A DNA stretch of 63,498 nt, filler included, from Reticulomyxa filosa (Eukaryota; Protista; Foraminifera): NCBI GenBank assembly GCA_000512085.1. It is 25 parts of 25 records of this genome, joined end to end, with 100 filler letters (N's around TTAATTAATTAA, not from the genome) between each part and the next. Parts side by side here need not be neighbours in the genome. Positions count along the whole stretch, not along the records: positions 60,581 to 62,255 come from ASPP01042597.1; positions 62,356 to 63,498 come from ASPP01008424.1; 23 more parts are not named here. One strand, 5' to 3'. The translations under genes were made by a program, and so were the position numbers. Positions 61,201 to 63,498 of the stretch are shown piece by piece. Below the pieces are notes generated by a model that saw only the letters and a list, made by a program, of their open reading frames with translations, had not been told where the DNA came from and searched no databases. Within the stretch, counting starts at the first letter, position 1, and each line of letters begins with the position of its first letter.

Positions 61201-62357
61201 GTCTACAATTTTTTGATTGTGAATTGTAATTTCTTTTTATTGTTTTTTAATAATTTCAAATCCTCCAGCACTTGAAATCTTTAATCAAATTATATAATCA
61301 TCGTAAAAAATTTTTGAACTTAATATTTTTAATCTAAAAGGCAAAAAAACCTCAAGTAGGAGCGGATGACAAGAAGAATAACGTACAACAGAAAGGAATG
61401 TGTGTGATAAAAGGATATTTAAAGAAGATGCCAGAATATTCTTTTTTAAGTTTTATAATTAAAAAATAAAAAAGAATCAAAAACATGGTGAAAGTCGTGA
61501 TGGCATTAATCTGCATCAAACAATACTTTTTCAATTTGCAAAACTCAATGTTGGAAACTTCTTTTCGACAACAAAGTTTGTCATCCATCACTCCTAATCC
61601 GAAGTACGGTGATTGCAAGCGTATTTAATGTATTCTTGACCTTTCCATGTCACAATTAATATAAGAGATCATGTGTTTTCATGTTGTGACAATTGATGGA
61701 GTAGCTCATGGCTTTTTTTTCATTTTTTCCAAAGGTTTCACTGCGATGATGATTGACATATTTCACAATATCGATTTCAGCCTTAAAAAAGCTGAGCAAA
61801 GAGGATGATAAGATTAAAGCATCCCAACTCCACAGCTGTGTCAAGTGGTGCGTGAAGACTCAACCAATTTTCTACAATAATCCAATTTTCGTTAAACAGA
61901 TTTCTTTTCTTCTTGGTGCCACGTGATATTTTTTTTTGTTTTCGATACGCTTGAGAATCAGCACCTGTTTCACCATTCAGAAGCCATGATATTATTTCTT
62001 AATTTTTTACAAGCCTTTTTTTTTGTTTTCTTCCCCTTTGCAATATACATGACCGATGTTAACAGACTTTAGTGTTGTGCATGATCACAATGAAAAAAAA
62101 AATATATTATGCACTAACCGATATTGGCTTAATTCATCGCTATCATCATCACCAATATTTGTTGGTAATGTAATTGGGATACGTTGTTGATGAGAAGCGC
62201 GTTTGATTGCGTCGAACTATAACAAATTTTGTCGGCGTATTGAAATGGTGTGAAANNNNNNNNNNNNNNNNNNNNNNNNNNNNNNNNNNNNNNNNNNNNT
62301 TAATTAATTAANNNNNNNNNNNNNNNNNNNNNNNNNNNNNNNNNNNNNNNNNNNNCG

Positions 62358-63498
62358 CTCGACCGCGACGGCAATGTGCAACCCGACCTCGCCAGGTCCT
62401 GGACGGTCTCGCCCGACGGTCGTGAGGTCCGCTTCACCCTGGCCCCCGGGGTCAGGTGGCATGACGGCAGGCCGTTCTCGGCCGAGGACGTGAAGTTCAC
62501 CTTCGAGGAGGTGCTGTTTCGCTTCCACGCCCGCACGCGGGCCGGTCTGGCTCCGGCCGTCGACTCCGTCGAAGCACCGGATGCCGGCACGGTCGTGTTC
62601 CGGCTGAAGCGACCGCACCCCGCGCTGCTGAAGCAGTTGAACGTGACCGAGGCGCCGATCCTGCCGCGACATCTCTATGCCGGGTCGGATCCGAACCGGA
62701 ACGAAGCCAACGCCCGGCCGGTCGGCACCGGCGCCTTTCGCTTCGAGAGCTACAAGCGCGATGACAGTGTCGTGCAGCTGCGCAACGAGAACTACTTCAA
62801 GCCCGGCCTCCCGAAGCTCGAGCGACTGGTGTTCCGCGCCATCCCCGAGGCCAACACGCAGGTCGCGGCGCTGGCCAACCGCGAGGTCGACTATCTCGGC
62901 CGCGTGGCTCCCTCCGACGTGGCCCGCCTCAAGGACAAGGCGACCCTCGTCGATACAACGTCGGGCCCCGGCGGCGCCAACTGCGTCATGACTCTGGCCT
63001 TCAATCTGCAGCGGCCCACACTGGCGGCGCTGCCGGTCCGGCAGGCCGTCGCCCATGCGCTGAACCGCCGGCAGATGCTGGAACTCGTGCAGTTCGGTCA
63101 AGGCCGCGTCGCCGAGGCGCCGATCCATTCCGCCATCGAGTGGGCCACGCTGCCCGGCGCGTTGCAGGCCTACGATCTCGATCCGGCAAAGGCCAATGCG
63201 CTGCTCGACCAGGCAGGCCTGCCGCGCGGCGCCAGCGGCGAGCGGGCCACGCTCGATCTTCTGATGTTCCCGGCGTTCGCGCGCTATGCCGAACTGATGC
63301 GCCAGCAGCTTGCGGCCATCGGCATCGCCCTGCGGCTGAAGCCGCTCGATCCGGCGGCCTTCGCCACGTCCGTTTTCACCCAGCGCGACTTCGACCTGGC
63401 GCTGATTTCCTACTGCAACGGCGTCGATCCCGAGATCGGCGTGCGCCGCATGTATCATTCGACGGCGATCGGCAACGTGCCCTTCTCGAACGCGGCCG
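62358..63498 (+). CDS. ABC transporter substrate-binding protein, family 5 (DppA/OppA/NikA-like); both ends truncated
   Basis: LDRDGNVQPDLARSWTVSPDGREVRFTLAPGVRWHDGRPFSAEDVKFTF (family-5 signature), PVGTGAFRF, LRNENYF, VRQAVAHALNR. GC-rich bacterial. Missing from the ORF track because it has no stop. Confidence 0.95.

Noticed and set aside
62304-63458. 384-aa minus-strand ORF
   Set aside because: Antisense shadow of the plus-strand ABC substrate-binding protein.

Overview
This is not one locus. It is 25 unrelated contigs joined by 24 artificial 100-bp linkers (44 N + TTAATTAATTAA + 44 N), so nothing can be inferred from adjacency across a linker. About 22 contigs come from an AT-rich, intron-rich eukaryote. 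Its RING/TRAF-zinc-finger and Kelch-like families resemble those of the foraminiferan Reticulomyxa filosa (inferred from family recognition, not a database hit). Recognisable host genes: an EEP hydrolase, annexin, G-protein beta, Mu-type GST, MED14, MetAP2, inositol 5-phosphatase, RasGAP and ALG10. There is also a GPS/7TM receptor, a TSP1-hemopexin-furin-LamG gene, a CHAT-like pseudoprotease, an unassigned 2TM-coiled-coil-EF-hand gene and many pseudogenes. Two GC-rich contigs are bacterial: an alphaproteobacterial NYN-folK-rpoZ-spoT block and a family-5 ABC substrate-binding protein. One AT-rich bacterial contig (33220-35004) looks endosymbiont-like and is a mosaic of decayed Rpn, phage and IS5 fragments that the ORF track largely misses. 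A diverged ~170-197 bp TG...CA-bounded element occurs three times, and Tc1/mariner-type termini are present. I found no CRISPR array, rRNA or tRNA. The best leads for new biology are the endosymbiont mosaic contig, the TG...CA element family, the dead-CHAT/NTPase-like gene and the 2TM-coiled-coil-EF-hand protein.
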